A stretch of DNA of 64,000 nt from an uncultured Christensenella sp. (lineage in GTDB: Bacteria; Bacillota; Clostridia; Christensenellales; UBA3700), in NCBI GenBank assembly GCA_910579785.1, contig CAJTVJ010000003.1, positions 3,702-67,701 of the forward strand, read 5' to 3'. Of the stretch, positions 10,058-20,454 are shown one piece after another. The notes beneath the pieces were generated by a model. That model saw only the letters and a program-made list of their open reading frames with translations. It did no database searches and was not told the DNA's origin. Positions within the stretch are counted from its first letter, which is position 1; every line of letters starts with the position of its first letter. The translations under genes were made by a program, and so were the position numbers.

Positions 10058-10483
10058 ATGAGTATGAATGTTAAGAAGGGCGACGCGGTCAAGATAATCG
10101 CAGGCGCCGATAAAGGTAAGACAGGTCAAGTATTGGCAGTTGATACAAAGGCTCAAAGAGTAGTTTTGCAGGGTTCTGATTTAAAGACGGTTAAGTGTTT
10201 TGTTAAACCGCGCAGCGCTCAGGAAAAGGGCGGCATCATCGAAAGAGAAGCGTCTGTCGACGTATCCAACGTGATGATAGTGTGCCCGTCGTGCCACGCA
10301 GCTACGAGAGTCGCTCACAGCATAAGCGTAGGCGAGGACGGCAAGAAAGTCAAGTCGCGTATATGCAAGAAGTGCGGCGGATCTTTGGACGTAACTGTCG
10401 CTAAGGCTGCAAAGGCTGCTAAGAAAGCAACGAAGAAGACTGCCACAAAGGCAAAGAAGACCACGCAAGTGGAAGAAAACTAA
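10058..10483 (+). CDS. rplX: 50S ribosomal protein L24 (long form with CxxC...CxxC and a K/A-rich tail)
   Basis: KOW motif VKKGDAVKIIAGADKGKTG. CPSC and CKKC lie in the C-terminal hairpin. Length is 141 aa. Confidence 0.95.
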   Translation: MSMNVKKGDAVKIIAGADKGKTGQVLAVDTKAQRVVLQGSDLKTVKCFVKPRSAQEKGGIIEREASVDVSNVMIVCPSCHAATRVAHSISVGEDGKKVKSRICKKCGGSLDVTVAKAAKAAKKATKKTATKAKKTTQVEEN

Positions 10484-10498
10484 TGGAGGATAACGACT

Positions 10499-11050
10499 GT
10501 GGAAACAAGAGAATACAGAATGCTTGAATACTATAAATCAACAGTAGTGCCTGCATTGATAAAGAAATTCAGTTATAAGAACGTCAACGAAGTTCCAAAG
10601 CTTGAAAAAGTAGTTCTCAACATGGGACTCGGCGACGTCAAAGATAACAGCAAGAGCCTTCAACAGGCAGTTGAAGAACTCAAATTGATTGCAGGTCAGG
10701 CTCCGGCAGAGTGCAAAGCTAAGAAGAGCGTTGCCAACTTTAAGGTAAGAGAAGGCATGACGATCGGCGCCAAGGTAACTTTGAGAGGCAAGAAGATGTA
10801 CGACTTTATGGATAAGCTCATATCTGTCGCTCTTCCTCGCGTAAGAGACTTCAAGGGCGTACCTAACGATTCTTTTGACGGACGCGGCAACTATGCTATG
10901 GGCGTAAAAGAACAAATCATATTCCCAGAAATCCAATACGACAAGGTTGAGAAAGTAAGAGGATTTGACATAATTGTCGTTACGACGGCAAAGACAGATG
11001 AAGAGGCTAAGGAGTTATTGACGCTCCTCGGTATGCCTTTTGTGAAATAG
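10499..11050 (+). CDS. rplE: 50S ribosomal protein L5
   Basis: L5-like sequence. A GTG start lies 9 nt after GGAGGA; the ATG at 10520 is an alternative start. Confidence 0.95.
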   Translation: METREYRMLEYYKSTVVPALIKKFSYKNVNEVPKLEKVVLNMGLGDVKDNSKSLQQAVEELKLIAGQAPAECKAKKSVANFKVREGMTIGAKVTLRGKKMYDFMDKLISVALPRVRDFKGVPNDSFDGRGNYAMGVKEQIIFPEIQYDKVEKVRGFDIIVVTTAKTDEEAKELLTLLGMPFVK

Positions 11051-11061
11051 GAGATTGAATT

Positions 11062-11247
11062 ATGGCAAAGAAAGCAATGATCAACAAGCAGCAAAAAACT
11101 CCAAAGTACTCCACAAGAGCATACACGAGATGCCAAATTTGTGGAAGACCACACGCAGTTTTAAGAAAGTACGGAATTTGCAGAATTTGTTTCAGAGAAC
11201 TCGCATACAAGGGCGAGATACCTGGAATAAAGAAGGCAAGTTGGTAA
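11062..11247 (+). CDS. rpsZ: 30S ribosomal protein S14, type Z (zinc form)
   Basis: 61 aa with [23 protein letters not shown]. Confidence 0.97.
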   Translation: MAKKAMINKQQKTPKYSTRAYTRCQICGRPHAVLRKYGICRICFRELAYKGEIPGIKKASW

Positions 11248-11263
11248 TAGGAGGGTATTTACT

Positions 11264-11662
11264 ATGATGATAACTGATCCAATCGCAGATATGCTTACCC
11301 GTATTCGCAATGCTTTGGTTGCAAAGCACGACAGCGTCGAAGTACCGCTTTCCAAGATGAAGAAAGCTATTGCAGACATCTTGACGGAAGAGGGCTTTAT
11401 CAACGGATACGAAGTAGTTGAAGGCGAAGTTCAAAGTGTTATGAAGGTAAATTTGAAGTATGGACCTAACAATGAAAAGGTCATTTCGGGAATCAAGCGT
11501 ATATCCAAACCCGGTTTGAGAGTATATGCCAACTCAGAGAAGCTTCCTGTCGTTCTCAACGGTTTGGGAATTGCAATTATATCCACGTCAAAGGGTATAA
11601 TGACTGACAAGAAGGCTCGCGCAGCTCACGTCGGCGGCGAAGTGCTCGCTTACGTTTGGTAA
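11264..11662 (+). CDS. rpsH: 30S ribosomal protein S8
   Basis: [13 protein letters not shown] motif. Confidence 0.98.
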   Translation: MMITDPIADMLTRIRNALVAKHDSVEVPLSKMKKAIADILTEEGFINGYEVVEGEVQSVMKVNLKYGPNNEKVISGIKRISKPGLRVYANSEKLPVVLNGLGIAIISTSKGIMTDKKARAAHVGGEVLAYVW

Positions 11663-11680
11663 TAGGGAGGTATAAGGAAT

Positions 11681-12223
11681 ATGTCAAGAATAGGTAGACT
11701 TCCGGTAGCTATCCCACAAGGCGTAGAAGTTAGCGTATCCCCGGAGAATATAGTTACGGTAAAGGGCGCAAAGGGAACTTTGACGCTTAAAGTAAACAGC
11801 ATAATCACCGTCAACGTAGACGGCGGCGAAGTAAAGGTGACAAGACCCAACGACGACAAGGCAGTCAAGGCAATGCACGGTCTTTACAGAAAGCTCATCT
11901 TCAACATGGTCGAGGGCGTATCCAAGGGCTTTGAAAAGTCTTTGATACTCAACGGTGTAGGTTACAAGGCTGCTAAACAAGGCAAGAAGCTTGTGCTCAA
12001 CGTTGGCTATTCTCATCCAGTTGAGATAGAAGAAGTAACCGGCATCACTTACGAGTGCCCTTCCGCTACGGAAGTTGTCGTAAAGGGTATCGACAAAGAA
12101 TTGGTAGGTCAGATGGCTGCCAACATAAGAAAAGTTCGCAACCCGGATCCTTATCATGTATACGGTATACGTTATAAAGACGAAGTTATCGTACGTAAAG
12201 AAGGAAAGACGGGTAAGAAATAA
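11681..12223 (+). CDS. rplF: 50S ribosomal protein L6
   Basis: N-terminus [17 protein letters not shown]. Confidence 0.98.
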   Translation: MSRIGRLPVAIPQGVEVSVSPENIVTVKGAKGTLTLKVNSIITVNVDGGEVKVTRPNDDKAVKAMHGLYRKLIFNMVEGVSKGFEKSLILNGVGYKAAKQGKKLVLNVGYSHPVEIEEVTGITYECPSATEVVVKGIDKELVGQMAANIRKVRNPDPYHVYGIRYKDEVIVRKEGKTGKK

Positions 12224-12236
12224 GGAGTGAGATAAT

Positions 12237-12605
12237 ATGATTAGTAAGATTGATAAGAATGCCATCAGGCAAAAGAGACATCAAAGAGTTAGATCTAAAA
12301 TCAGCGGCACAGCCGAGAGACCTCGCTTCAACGTATACAGAAGCACCAACAACGTCAACGTACAGATAATCGACGACGTAAAGGGCGCGACGCTTGTTTC
12401 TTGCTCGACTCTCGATAAGGATATGATAGCAAAGGTCAAAGGTATGACTAAGAGCGAAGCCGCAGCGGAAGTTGGCAAGGCAGTTGCTCAAAAGGCTTTG
12501 CAAGCAGGTATCACTCAGGTCGTATTCGACAGAGGAGGATATCTCTATACAGGACGCGTTAAGAGCGTTGCAGACGGCGCAAGAGAAGCCGGACTTAAAT
12601 TCTAA
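12237..12605 (+). CDS. rplR: 50S ribosomal protein L18
   Basis: RPRFNVYRS and [26 protein letters not shown] motifs. Confidence 0.97.
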   Translation: MISKIDKNAIRQKRHQRVRSKISGTAERPRFNVYRSTNNVNVQIIDDVKGATLVSCSTLDKDMIAKVKGMTKSEAAAEVGKAVAQKALQAGITQVVFDRGGYLYTGRVKSVADGAREAGLKF

Positions 12606-12616
12606 GGAGATCCAAA

Positions 12617-13126
12617 ATGGCTAGAAAAGAGAGATTTAACAATCAAGAAGAAGAATTGCTCAACAAGCTCATCTGCGTCAACCGTGTAACCAAGGTTGTT
12701 AAGGGTGGTAGAACGATGAGATTTGCTGCTCTTATAGTAGTTGGTGACGGACAAGGCTCGATAGGTTACGGTATGGGCAAGGCAAACGAAGTGCCTGAGG
12801 CAATTCGTAAGGCAACCGCAGAGGCAAAGCGCAGCATGATAAAGATAGCAAAGCTCAACACTTCCGTTCCTCACGAGGCTATCGGTAATTTTGGAAGCTC
12901 CAAGGTAATCATAATGCCGGCTAGCGAAGGTACCGGTGTTATCGCCGGCGGTCCTGTCCGTGCAGTGCTCGAATGCGCAGGTATCAAAGACGTAAGAACG
13001 AAGTCTATGGGCAGCAACAATAAGATCAACTGCGTAAAGGCTACGTTTGACGGTCTTGCACAGATGAAGACGGCTGAGCAAATCGCCGCTTTGAGAGGCA
13101 AGAGCGTTGAGGAAATAATAGGCTAA
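12617..13126 (+). CDS. rpsE: 30S ribosomal protein S5
   Basis: [24 protein letters not shown] motif. Confidence 0.98.
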   Translation: MARKERFNNQEEELLNKLICVNRVTKVVKGGRTMRFAALIVVGDGQGSIGYGMGKANEVPEAIRKATAEAKRSMIKIAKLNTSVPHEAIGNFGSSKVIIMPASEGTGVIAGGPVRAVLECAGIKDVRTKSMGSNNKINCVKATFDGLAQMKTAEQIAALRGKSVEEIIG

Positions 13127-13139
13127 TAGGAGGCGACTG

Positions 13140-13319
13140 ATGGAAAAGATTAAAGTTACGCTTGTCAAGAGTACAATAGGTTGCTCTCAAAAGCAAAAAG
13201 ATACAATCAAGGCTTTGGGTCTTAAAAAGATCGGGAGCAGCAACGTTATCACATCTAATGCTTGTTCCGAGGGTATGCTCAAAGTAGTGGCTCATCTCGT
13301 AATGATAGAGCAGGCGTAA
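13140..13319 (+). CDS. rpmD: 50S ribosomal protein L30
   Basis: 59-aa ORF (below the ORF-track cutoff): MEKIKVTLVKSTIGCSQKQKDTIKALGLKKIGSSNV... GGAGG RBS; located between rpsE and rplO. Confidence 0.9.
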   Translation: MEKIKVTLVKSTIGCSQKQKDTIKALGLKKIGSSNVITSNACSEGMLKVVAHLVMIEQA

Positions 13320-13331
13320 GGAGGAGTAGAT

Positions 13332-13775
13332 ATGAAATTGAATAATATGGCTCCGGCAGAAGGAGCAAAGACTCAATCCAAAAGACTTGGCAGAGGTATC
13401 GGCTCTGGTCACGGTAAGACGTCTTGTAAAGGTCACAAAGGACAGTGGGCCCGTAGCGGCGGCGGCGTAAGACCGGGATTTGAAGGCGGACAGATGCCGC
13501 TCATAAGAAGAATTCCTAAGAGAGGCTTCAACAACGTCTTTAAGAAAGAGTATGCTATCGTCAACGTAAGCGATCTCGAAATTTTTGACGACGGCACAGA
13601 AGTTACGGCAGAACTTCTCATTGAGAAAGGTGTTCTTAGTAAGGTAGGATCTTACGGCGTTAAGGTTCTTGGCAATGGTACATTGACTAAAAAGCTTGAA
13701 GTTAAAGCAAACAAATTTACTAAGTCAGCTGCGCAAATAATCCAAAAAGCAGGTGGCAAAGCAGAGGTGCTATAA
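13332..13775 (+). CDS. rplO: 50S ribosomal protein L15
   Basis: [21 protein letters not shown] motif. Confidence 0.97.
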   Translation: MKLNNMAPAEGAKTQSKRLGRGIGSGHGKTSCKGHKGQWARSGGGVRPGFEGGQMPLIRRIPKRGFNNVFKKEYAIVNVSDLEIFDDGTEVTAELLIEKGVLSKVGSYGVKVLGNGTLTKKLEVKANKFTKSAAQIIQKAGGKAEVL

Positions 13776-15103
13776 TGTGGCAAACTATCAAAAACGCATT
13801 TAGCGACAAAAGCATCAGAAGCAAGATGTTCGCGACGTTTGGATTGCTCCTTGCGTTTAGAATAGGTTGTTGGATACCGCTTCCGGGCATTGTGCCGGAT
13901 TTTTATGCAAATCAATTCGGCGGTACGGGCGATAACAACACGATATTCCAGCTTTTGAGTATGATGAGCGGCGGCTCTATGCAATACCTGACGTTTTTCG
14001 CGCTTGGTATATTGCCGTTTATCAACAGCTTTATCATAATGCAGTTGCTCACACTTATCATTCCACCGCTTGAAAGACTTTCAAAACAAGGTGATGAGGG
14101 GCGTGAAAAAATCACAATGATCACCAGATATGTCGCAATCGTATTGGCGCTCGTACAAGCTATCGGTATCGTAGTCGCTCACAAAGAGTATATAGACCCG
14201 ATGTTTGGCGAGAAAGACGGTTGGCTGACGGCGATAATGCTCATCGCATTGCTCATAGCGGGCAGTACGATAGTAATGTGGCTTGGCGAGAGAATAACTC
14301 AGCTTGGAATAGGCAACGGAACTTCGCTGATAATTTTCAGCGGTATCCTTTCCTCTTTCGGCTTATCGCTCGTCAACACAATACCGCAGATACAGGCAGA
14401 TGCGAATAAGCTTTGGAATTTGTTTGGATATATCTTGGTAGTGTTGTTCCTCTTTGCGTTTATCGTATTCGTAGACGGCGGCGAGAGAAAAATCAAAGTC
14501 AACTACGCAAAGCAAGTCAAGGGCAACAAGATGTACGGCGGACAGTCGACGTTCATACCTATCAAGGTCAACAGCTCGGGCGTTATGCCTATCATCTTCG
14601 CGTCGTCGTTTATGACGATACCTATGATGATATTCCAATTCGTAGGACAGGATTCGCAGGCGTATATCAATTATATGACGTTCTGCTATCCGGGCAACGG
14701 CACGTCGCAATGGCAGTGGGTAGGTTGGTTGTTCTACTATCTCGTAATGTTGGTGTTGATAATCTTCTTTGCATACTTCTATGCTCAGATACAGTTCAAT
14801 CCGCAAGACGTAGCGAGAAACCTGCAACAGTACGGCGGCTCTATCCAAGGCATCAGAAGCGGAAAACCTACAAGCGAATATCTGCAAAAAATCAACAACA
14901 GAATAGTTTTATTCGGCGCGTTGTTCCTCGGCTTTATAGCCATAGTGCCTGCGGCATTGTTCCAACTTATAGGCGCAGGACTCAATTTGAATAACGCAAT
15001 ATCCTCTACGGGTATGCTCATCGCGGTAAGCGTTGCGCTCGAATTTAACAAACAGCTTGAAGGACAGCTCATGATGAAGCATTATAAGGGCTTTTTGAGG
15101 TAA
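13775..15103 (+). CDS. secY: Preprotein translocase subunit SecY
   Basis: 442 aa, 10-TM pattern, conserved position after rplO. Confidence 0.97.
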   Translation: MWQTIKNAFSDKSIRSKMFATFGLLLAFRIGCWIPLPGIVPDFYANQFGGTGDNNTIFQLLSMMSGGSMQYLTFFALGILPFINSFIIMQLLTLIIPPLERLSKQGDEGREKITMITRYVAIVLALVQAIGIVVAHKEYIDPMFGEKDGWLTAIMLIALLIAGSTIVMWLGERITQLGIGNGTSLIIFSGILSSFGLSLVNTIPQIQADANKLWNLFGYILVVLFLFAFIVFVDGGERKIKVNYAKQVKGNKMYGGQSTFIPIKVNSSGVMPIIFASSFMTIPMMIFQFVGQDSQAYINYMTFCYPGNGTSQWQWVGWLFYYLVMLVLIIFFAYFYAQIQFNPQDVARNLQQYGGSIQGIRSGKPTSEYLQKINNRIVLFGALFLGFIAIVPAALFQLIGAGLNLNNAISSTGMLIAVSVALEFNKQLEGQLMMKHYKGFLR

Positions 15104-15108
15104 GGATA

Positions 15109-15732
15109 ATGTACTTGGTATTTTTAGGAGCTCCGGGCGCAGGCAAAGGCACCCAAGCTACGAGAGTATGCGAAAAGTATAATATACCTCATATCTCCAC
15201 GGGAGACATATTGAGGGCTAATATCAAAGCGGGTACGGCCTTGGGCGTGGAAGCCAAGAGCTACATCGACAAGGGCTTACTCGTGCCTGACGAGGTCGTG
15301 ATAGGTCTCGTCAAAGACAGACTTGCTCAGTCGGATTGCAAGAAGGGCTTTTTGCTCGACGGCTTTCCGAGGACGATAGAGCAGGCTAAGTCGCTTGACA
15401 AATTCGCAAAGATAAGCGCGGCGATAGACATATCCGTCGACGGCGCGCTTGTCGTAGAGAGAATAGCCGGGCGCAGAATGTGCAAATGCGGCGAGAGCTA
15501 TCATATTTCTTGGTATGACAAGGACGTGTGCGCTAAGTGCGGCGAAAAGTTGTATCAAAGAGACGACGATAAAGAAGAGACCGTCAAGTCGAGACTTGAA
15601 GTCTATAATGCGCAGACAGCGCCGCTTATCGAGTATTACAGAGATAAAGGCGTACTCAGACAGGTGGACGGCGCGCAGGAAATGACGAAAGTATTTGACG
15701 ATATAGTGAGGATACTCGATGATAAGCATTAA
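15109..15732 (+). CDS. adk: Adenylate kinase (Zn-lid form)
   Basis: GAPGAGKGTQ P-loop; lid with CKCG...CAKCG. Confidence 0.97.
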   Translation: MYLVFLGAPGAGKGTQATRVCEKYNIPHISTGDILRANIKAGTALGVEAKSYIDKGLLVPDEVVIGLVKDRLAQSDCKKGFLLDGFPRTIEQAKSLDKFAKISAAIDISVDGALVVERIAGRRMCKCGESYHISWYDKDVCAKCGEKLYQRDDDKEETVKSRLEVYNAQTAPLIEYYRDKGVLRQVDGAQEMTKVFDDIVRILDDKH

Positions 15733-16465
15733 GTCTCAATATGAAGTAGAATTGATGCGCAAGGCAAATCAAATCGTAAAAGACGCGCTCAATCTCATTG
15801 AAGACAATATCAAAGAGGGGATGACTACGGCTGCGCTCGACAAGTTGGCGCACGACTACATAGTGAAGTGCGACGCATATCCTTCCTTTTTGGGATACAA
15901 CGGATTTCCTGCGTCGATATGCACTTCGATAAACGAACAGGTCGTTCACGGTATACCTTCCGACAAGAGGGTGATAAAAGAGGGCGACATAGTCAGCGTA
16001 GATTGCGGAAGTATTTATAAAGGATACAACGGCGACGCTGCAAGGACGTTTATGATAGGCAAGGTCAGCGAGGAAAAGGCGAAACTAGTCGAAGTCACCA
16101 AACAAAGCTTTTTTGAGGGAGTGAAAATTCTCAAAGAGGGCGTGAGACTTGGAGATTTGGGAAATACGATACAATCGTACGCCGAATCTTTCGGATACGG
16201 AGTTGTCAGAAGTCTGGTAGGTCACGGAATAGGCAGGGATATGCACGAGGACCCCGAAGTACCTAATTACGGCAGAGCGGGACACGGCATGAGATTGCGC
16301 AAGAATATGACTATCGCAATCGAGCCTATGATAAATATCGGCACTTACGACGTGCGTATGCTGGACGACGGATGGACGATAGTGACTGCTGACGGATCGC
16401 CGTCGGCACATTACGAAAACACCGTATTGATAAAAGAAGACGGAGTAGAGATACTGTCACTGTGA
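15719..16465 (+). CDS. map: Type I methionine aminopeptidase
   Basis: Motifs VVHGIP, VDCG, GDAARTF, GHGIG and AIEPM. Confidence 0.96.
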   Translation: MISIKSQYEVELMRKANQIVKDALNLIEDNIKEGMTTAALDKLAHDYIVKCDAYPSFLGYNGFPASICTSINEQVVHGIPSDKRVIKEGDIVSVDCGSIYKGYNGDAARTFMIGKVSEEKAKLVEVTKQSFFEGVKILKEGVRLGDLGNTIQSYAESFGYGVVRSLVGHGIGRDMHEDPEVPNYGRAGHGMRLRKNMTIAIEPMINIGTYDVRMLDDGWTIVTADGSPSAHYENTVLIKEDGVEILSL

Positions 16466-16476
16466 GGTACAGACGT

Positions 16477-16725
16477 ATGACGCTTAAAGTCGGAGATATC
16501 GTACGCTCATTGAGCGGACATGACGCGGCGAAAAAGTATATGGTTATCGCTCAGCTCAACGAAAGATACGTGCTTTTGGCTGACGGAAAGTCGAGAAGCC
16601 TTGACAACCCAAAGCAAAAGAACGTAAGACATGTCGCGCTGATGCAAGAGTCAGACGATAGTCAAAAGTATGTCGACGACAAGTCCATAGCGGACGCAAT
16701 AGCAAAGCTTGATATTGTTGAATAG
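16477..16725 (+). CDS. Small KOW-domain protein conserved between map and infA
   Basis: LKVGDIVRSLSGHDAAKKYMVI resembles a KOW motif. GAGGT lies 8 nt upstream of the ATG at 16477; the GTG at 16462 is less likely. Confidence 0.7.
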   Translation: MTLKVGDIVRSLSGHDAAKKYMVIAQLNERYVLLADGKSRSLDNPKQKNVRHVALMQESDDSQKYVDDKSIADAIAKLDIVE

Positions 16726-16734
16726 GAGGTAAGT

Positions 16735-16956
16735 ATGTCCAAAGAAGACGTAATCGAAGCAGAGGGAAAGGTAATAGAAGTATTGCCAGGTACCAATTTT
16801 AGAGTAGAGTTGACCAACGGACACGTTATAGTAGCGTACCTGTCGGGAAAATTGAGAAAGAATTATATCAAGATTCTTGAAGGCGACGCGGTAAAAGTAG
16901 AATTAAGTCCATATGACCTGACCAAGGGCAGGATTGTATGGCGTAACAAAAACTAA
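16735..16956 (+). CDS. infA: Translation initiation factor IF-1
   Basis: [29 protein letters not shown]...GRIVWR. Confidence 0.98.
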   Translation: MSKEDVIEAEGKVIEVLPGTNFRVELTNGHVIVAYLSGKLRKNYIKILEGDAVKVELSPYDLTKGRIVWRNKN

Positions 16957-16978
16957 GCAAAAAGCGGAGGATATAACA

Positions 16979-17095
16979 ATGAAAGTTAGACCATCAGTAA
17001 AGCCGATGTGCGACAAATGTAAGGTAATAAAGAGAAACGGAGCCGTGATGATCATTTGCTCCAAATATAAAAAGCATAAGCAGAAGCAAGGCTGA
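16979..17095 (+). CDS. rpmJ: 50S ribosomal protein L36 (zinc form)
   Basis: 38-aa [41 protein letters not shown] (below the ORF-track cutoff). GGAGG RBS. Confidence 0.93.
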   Translation: MKVRPSVKPMCDKCKVIKRNGAVMIICSKYKKHKQKQG

Positions 17096-17133
17096 TAAAA
17101 ATTTCTCTTAATTATAAAGAAAGGCAAAAAGGG

Positions 17134-17160
17134 TTATGGAGATTTCCATAATTCCTTTAT
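17134..17160 (+). terminator. Weak hairpin after rpmJ
   Basis: TTATGGA-gatt-TCCATAA followed by TTCCTTTATT. The stem is AT-rich, so it is at best a partial terminator. Confidence 0.3.
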
Positions 17161-17194
17161 TGCGTAAAAAATAAAAAAATATGTATTATAATGC

Positions 17195-17223
17195 TTGCAA
17201 GACTTATTAAATCGTGTTATAAT
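17195..17223 (+). promoter_or_regulatory. Sigma-A promoter of the alpha operon (rpsM-rpsK-rpsD-rpoA-rplQ)
   Basis: TTGCAA, 17-nt spacer, TGtTATAAT (extended -10). It predicts a ~125-nt 5' UTR. Confidence 0.7.
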
Positions 17224-17355
17224 ACCATAGCTAAATGACATTAATCGTTGGGGAGCGGCTAATAGGTTGTTTCATTCCAAACACAACAGACAATCTAACT
17301 TCTCATGGCGTTTAATAATATAATAAACATTTATTAAATTATTGGAGGTATTTTC

Positions 17356-17727
17356 ATGGCTCGTATTAGTGGCGTTGATTTGCCAAATGAGAAAAGAGTT
17401 GAGATAGGTCTTACCTATATCTACGGAATAGGTAGAGTTACGTCCAACAAAATTCTCGCTGATACAGGTATAAATCCTGACACAAGAGTCAGAGATTTGA
17501 CTGATGAAGAAGTAAACAAGATTCGTGAATACATCGACCGTCACAACATCATGGTTGAGGGCGATTTGAAGCGCGAAATCAAAATGAACATCAAGAGATT
17601 GCAGGAAATCGGTTGCTATCGCGGAGTTAGACACCGCAAAGGATTGCCGGTCCGCGGTCAGAGTACGAAACAAAACGCTCGTACAAGAAAGGGTCCAAAG
17701 AAGACCGTTAGCCGCAAGAAGAAATAA
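17356..17727 (+). CDS. rpsM: 30S ribosomal protein S13
   Basis: N-terminus [26 protein letters not shown]. Confidence 0.98.
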   Translation: MARISGVDLPNEKRVEIGLTYIYGIGRVTSNKILADTGINPDTRVRDLTDEEVNKIREYIDRHNIMVEGDLKREIKMNIKRLQEIGCYRGVRHRKGLPVRGQSTKQNARTRKGPKKTVSRKKK

Positions 17728-17740
17728 GGAGGGTTGAATA

Positions 17741-18136
17741 ATGGCAGTTGCTAAAAAAGTTACTAAAAAACGTACTGTAAACAAGCGCCGCGGAGAAAAC
17801 GGCTGCGCTCATATTCACGCTTCTTTCAACAACACCATCGTGACCATCACCGATACGCAGGGTAACGCTATCAGCTGGTCAAGTTCCGGTAAGCTTAATC
17901 TCAGAGGAAGCAAGAAATCTACTCCGTTTGCAGCGCAAATGGTAAGCGAAGACGCAGGCAAAGTAGCATACGACGCAGGCGTAAGAAACGTAGAAGTATA
18001 TGTAAAGGGTCCAGGTAGCGGCAGAGAGTCTGCTATCAGAGCTTTGCAAAACGTGGGATTGAACGTAACGCTCATCAAAGACGTATCGCCGATCCCCCAC
18101 AACGGATGCCGCCCGCCAAAGCGCAGAAGACTGTAA
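17741..18136 (+). CDS. rpsK: 30S ribosomal protein S11
   Basis: [16 protein letters not shown] and [12 protein letters not shown] motifs. Confidence 0.98.
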   Translation: MAVAKKVTKKRTVNKRRGENGCAHIHASFNNTIVTITDTQGNAISWSSSGKLNLRGSKKSTPFAAQMVSEDAGKVAYDAGVRNVEVYVKGPGSGRESAIRALQNVGLNVTLIKDVSPIPHNGCRPPKRRRL

Positions 18137-18154
18137 TAGGAGGTTTGTAATAAT

Positions 18155-18778
18155 ATGGCTAGATATACAGGTCCCGACTGTCGTCAATGCAGACGCGAGG
18201 GCGAAAAATTATTTTTGAAAGGCGAGAAGTGTTATTCGGAGAAGTGTCCTTTTGCAAAGAACCCTACTCCTCCCGGACAGCACGGCGCTGATCGTAAGAA
18301 GAACAGCGAGTATGCAACTCAGCTGAGAGAGAAACAAAAGACAAAGAGAATATACGGACTTTGCGAAAAGCAGTTCAGAGGTTATTATGACAAGGCCGAA
18401 AAGATGAGAGGTATCACCGGTGAAAACATGCTTATCCTTTTGGAAAGACGTCTTGACAACACCGTTTACCGTCTCGGATTGGCTTCGTCACGCTCGCAGG
18501 CAAGACAGATAGTCAACCACGGACTTATAACCGTCAACGGCAAGTGCGTAAATATTCCCTCTTTCCTTGTAAAGAAAGGCGACGTTATCGGTATCAAAGA
18601 AAACAAAGCCGACAAGAAGGTATTCAGTGGTATCAAGGAGGCAAAGACGCTCAATCTTCCAAAGTGGCTGACGTTTGACAACGCAGCTATGACCGGTACG
18701 GTTATAGCATTGCCGGAGAGAGCAGACGTAGAGCAAAAGATCGAAGAGCATATGATTGTCGAGTTGTATTCTAAATAA
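18155..18778 (+). CDS. rpsD: 30S ribosomal protein S4 (Zn-finger form)
   Basis: [32 protein letters not shown]; S4 domain. Confidence 0.98.
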   Translation: MARYTGPDCRQCRREGEKLFLKGEKCYSEKCPFAKNPTPPGQHGADRKKNSEYATQLREKQKTKRIYGLCEKQFRGYYDKAEKMRGITGENMLILLERRLDNTVYRLGLASSRSQARQIVNHGLITVNGKCVNIPSFLVKKGDVIGIKENKADKKVFSGIKEAKTLNLPKWLTFDNAAMTGTVIALPERADVEQKIEEHMIVELYSK

Positions 18779-18826
18779 TAATACCTTGGCATTCTGATCA
18801 TTGAACATTGAATAGGAGGCGTAACA

Positions 18827-19780
18827 ATGATAGAAATTCAAAAACCAAATATCATCAAAGAAGATATAGAATTGGGAATCAAGTCAAGATATTCCATCGA
18901 GCCGTTGGAGAGAGGTTTTGGTATAACGCTCGGCAACAGCCTTAGAAGAATACTTTTGGGCTCAATGCCAGGCGCAGCTCCGGTAGGTATTAGAATCAAC
19001 GGAGTACAGCACGAGTTTACCGCCATTCCTGGGATCAAGGAAGATGTGACTGATATCATCCTTAATATCAAAGGACTTGCTGTAAAGGCGAACACCGAAG
19101 ATAGAAACTTCAAACAGCTTTGCACTATCAACAAGTATACAGCAGGAGTTGTCACCGCCGCAGATATTTCGCACAGCGACGATATCGAAATACTCAATCC
19201 TGACCTTGAAATTTGCACTCTCGAAGAGGGCGTAGGTTTGGAGATGGAGATATATATTGGCGTGGGCAGAGGTTACGTCGGAGCAAGCGAGAATAAGGAC
19301 GAAAACCAAGGTGTGGGTTACATACCGGTAGATTCGATCTTTACTCCCGTCATCGCGGCAAGTTATCAGGTTGAGAGTACCAGAAAGGGACAGGATATCA
19401 ATTATGACAAGCTTACGATAGACGTTGAGACCGACGGTACCGCTACTCCCAACGAAGTGATAAGTTTGGCTGCAAAGATAATGAACGACCACCTTGGTAT
19501 CTTTGTAAAACTTGTTGACAATATGGCTGACAAGGAGATACTTATATCCCAAGACAACGAGTCGCAGGCTAAGATTTATGAGATGGCAATCGACGATTTG
19601 GATTTGTCAGTAAGATCTTACAACTGTCTTAGAAGAGCAGGTATCAACACTGTAAAAGATTTGACAGAAAAGACAGAGGACGACATGCTCAAAGTGAGAA
19701 ATCTCGGCAAGAAGTCTCTGGAAGAAGTGTTGAAGAAAATTAACGACCTTGGTCTTAAACTCAAAGACAAGGATGAATAA
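18827..19780 (+). CDS. rpoA: DNA-directed RNA polymerase subunit alpha
   Basis: N-terminal dimerisation domain plus a C-terminal HhH (LDLSVRSYNCLRRAGINTVKDL). Confidence 0.98.
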   Translation: MIEIQKPNIIKEDIELGIKSRYSIEPLERGFGITLGNSLRRILLGSMPGAAPVGIRINGVQHEFTAIPGIKEDVTDIILNIKGLAVKANTEDRNFKQLCTINKYTAGVVTAADISHSDDIEILNPDLEICTLEEGVGLEMEIYIGVGRGYVGASENKDENQGVGYIPVDSIFTPVIAASYQVESTRKGQDINYDKLTIDVETDGTATPNEVISLAAKIMNDHLGIFVKLVDNMADKEILISQDNESQAKIYEMAIDDLDLSVRSYNCLRRAGINTVKDLTEKTEDDMLKVRNLGKKSLEEVLKKINDLGLKLKDKDE

Positions 19781-19797
19781 TCAGGAGGTAAAGGACA

Positions 19798-20325
19798 ATG
19801 GCAAGAAAATTGGGTAGAACAGCCGAAGAAAGAATGGCCATAATCAGAAATCAAGCCTCAGAACTATTGTGGTACGGATCTATCGAGACCACAGTTGATA
19901 GAGCAAAAGAGGTAAGAAGTTATGCTGAGAGCATGTTGACTCTCGCTATAAATACTTATGAAGATACAGTTAAGGTAACCAAGACTGTTAAAAACGAAAA
20001 GGACGAAAAGGTGGAGATGGAATTCGTCAACGACGGTCCTAGAAAGCTTGCTGCAAGAAGAAAGCTTATGGGAAGCCTTAGAGACCTTAAAGAACTCAAA
20101 GCTGACGGAGAGAAGAAGTCCGATTTCAAGATGAGAACTAAGGACGTCAAGCATCCGCTCATAGAGAAAATTTTTAGAGAGCATGCAGTATTTTATGCAG
20201 ACAGAGCCAACAAGCTTGGTCAAAAAGGCGGCTATACGAGAATTATAAGACTTGGTCAAAGACGCGGCGACGGCGCAGAAATGGTTAAGTTGGAACTCGT
20301 AAGAAACACCGAGAAAAAGAAATAA
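19798..20325 (+). CDS. rplQ: 50S ribosomal protein L17 (long form, ~45-50 aa internal insertion)
   Basis: KLGRTAEER...GGYTRIIRLGQRRGDGAEMV. Length is 175 aa, against my recollection of 113-130 aa for typical L17. Confidence 0.95.
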   Translation: MARKLGRTAEERMAIIRNQASELLWYGSIETTVDRAKEVRSYAESMLTLAINTYEDTVKVTKTVKNEKDEKVEMEFVNDGPRKLAARRKLMGSLRDLKELKADGEKKSDFKMRTKDVKHPLIEKIFREHAVFYADRANKLGQKGGYTRIIRLGQRRGDGAEMVKLELVRNTEKKK

Positions 20326-20345
20326 TAGATAATTAAATTTGTCGG

Positions 20346-20379
20346 ATAAGCGCTCATAAATCGGGCGCTTATTTTTTTG
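20346..20379 (+). terminator. Intrinsic terminator of the alpha operon
   Basis: ATAAGCGC-loop-GCGCTTAT followed by TTTTTTT. Confidence 0.85.
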
Positions 20380-20419
20380 TATAAATCTGTAAATTTTTGC
20401 AATTAAATTTAATTAGGTA

Positions 20420-20448
20420 TTCACATTTTTAGTTGCGTATGCTATAAT
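20420..20448 (+). promoter_or_regulatory. Promoter in leaderless geometry for the hydrolase gene
   Basis: TTCACA, 17-nt spacer, TGcTATAAT. The -10 ends 6 nt before the ATG at 20455 and there is no SD. Confidence 0.6.
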
Positions 20449-20454
20449 GATTGT

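Noticed and set aside
11055-11267. A 70-aa alternative-frame ORF overlaps rpsZ. Similar cases are 14413-14994 within secY and 5716-5949 within rplD.
   Set aside because: These are overlapping frames inside strongly conserved genes. Their Arg/Gln-rich composition is typical of off-frame translation.
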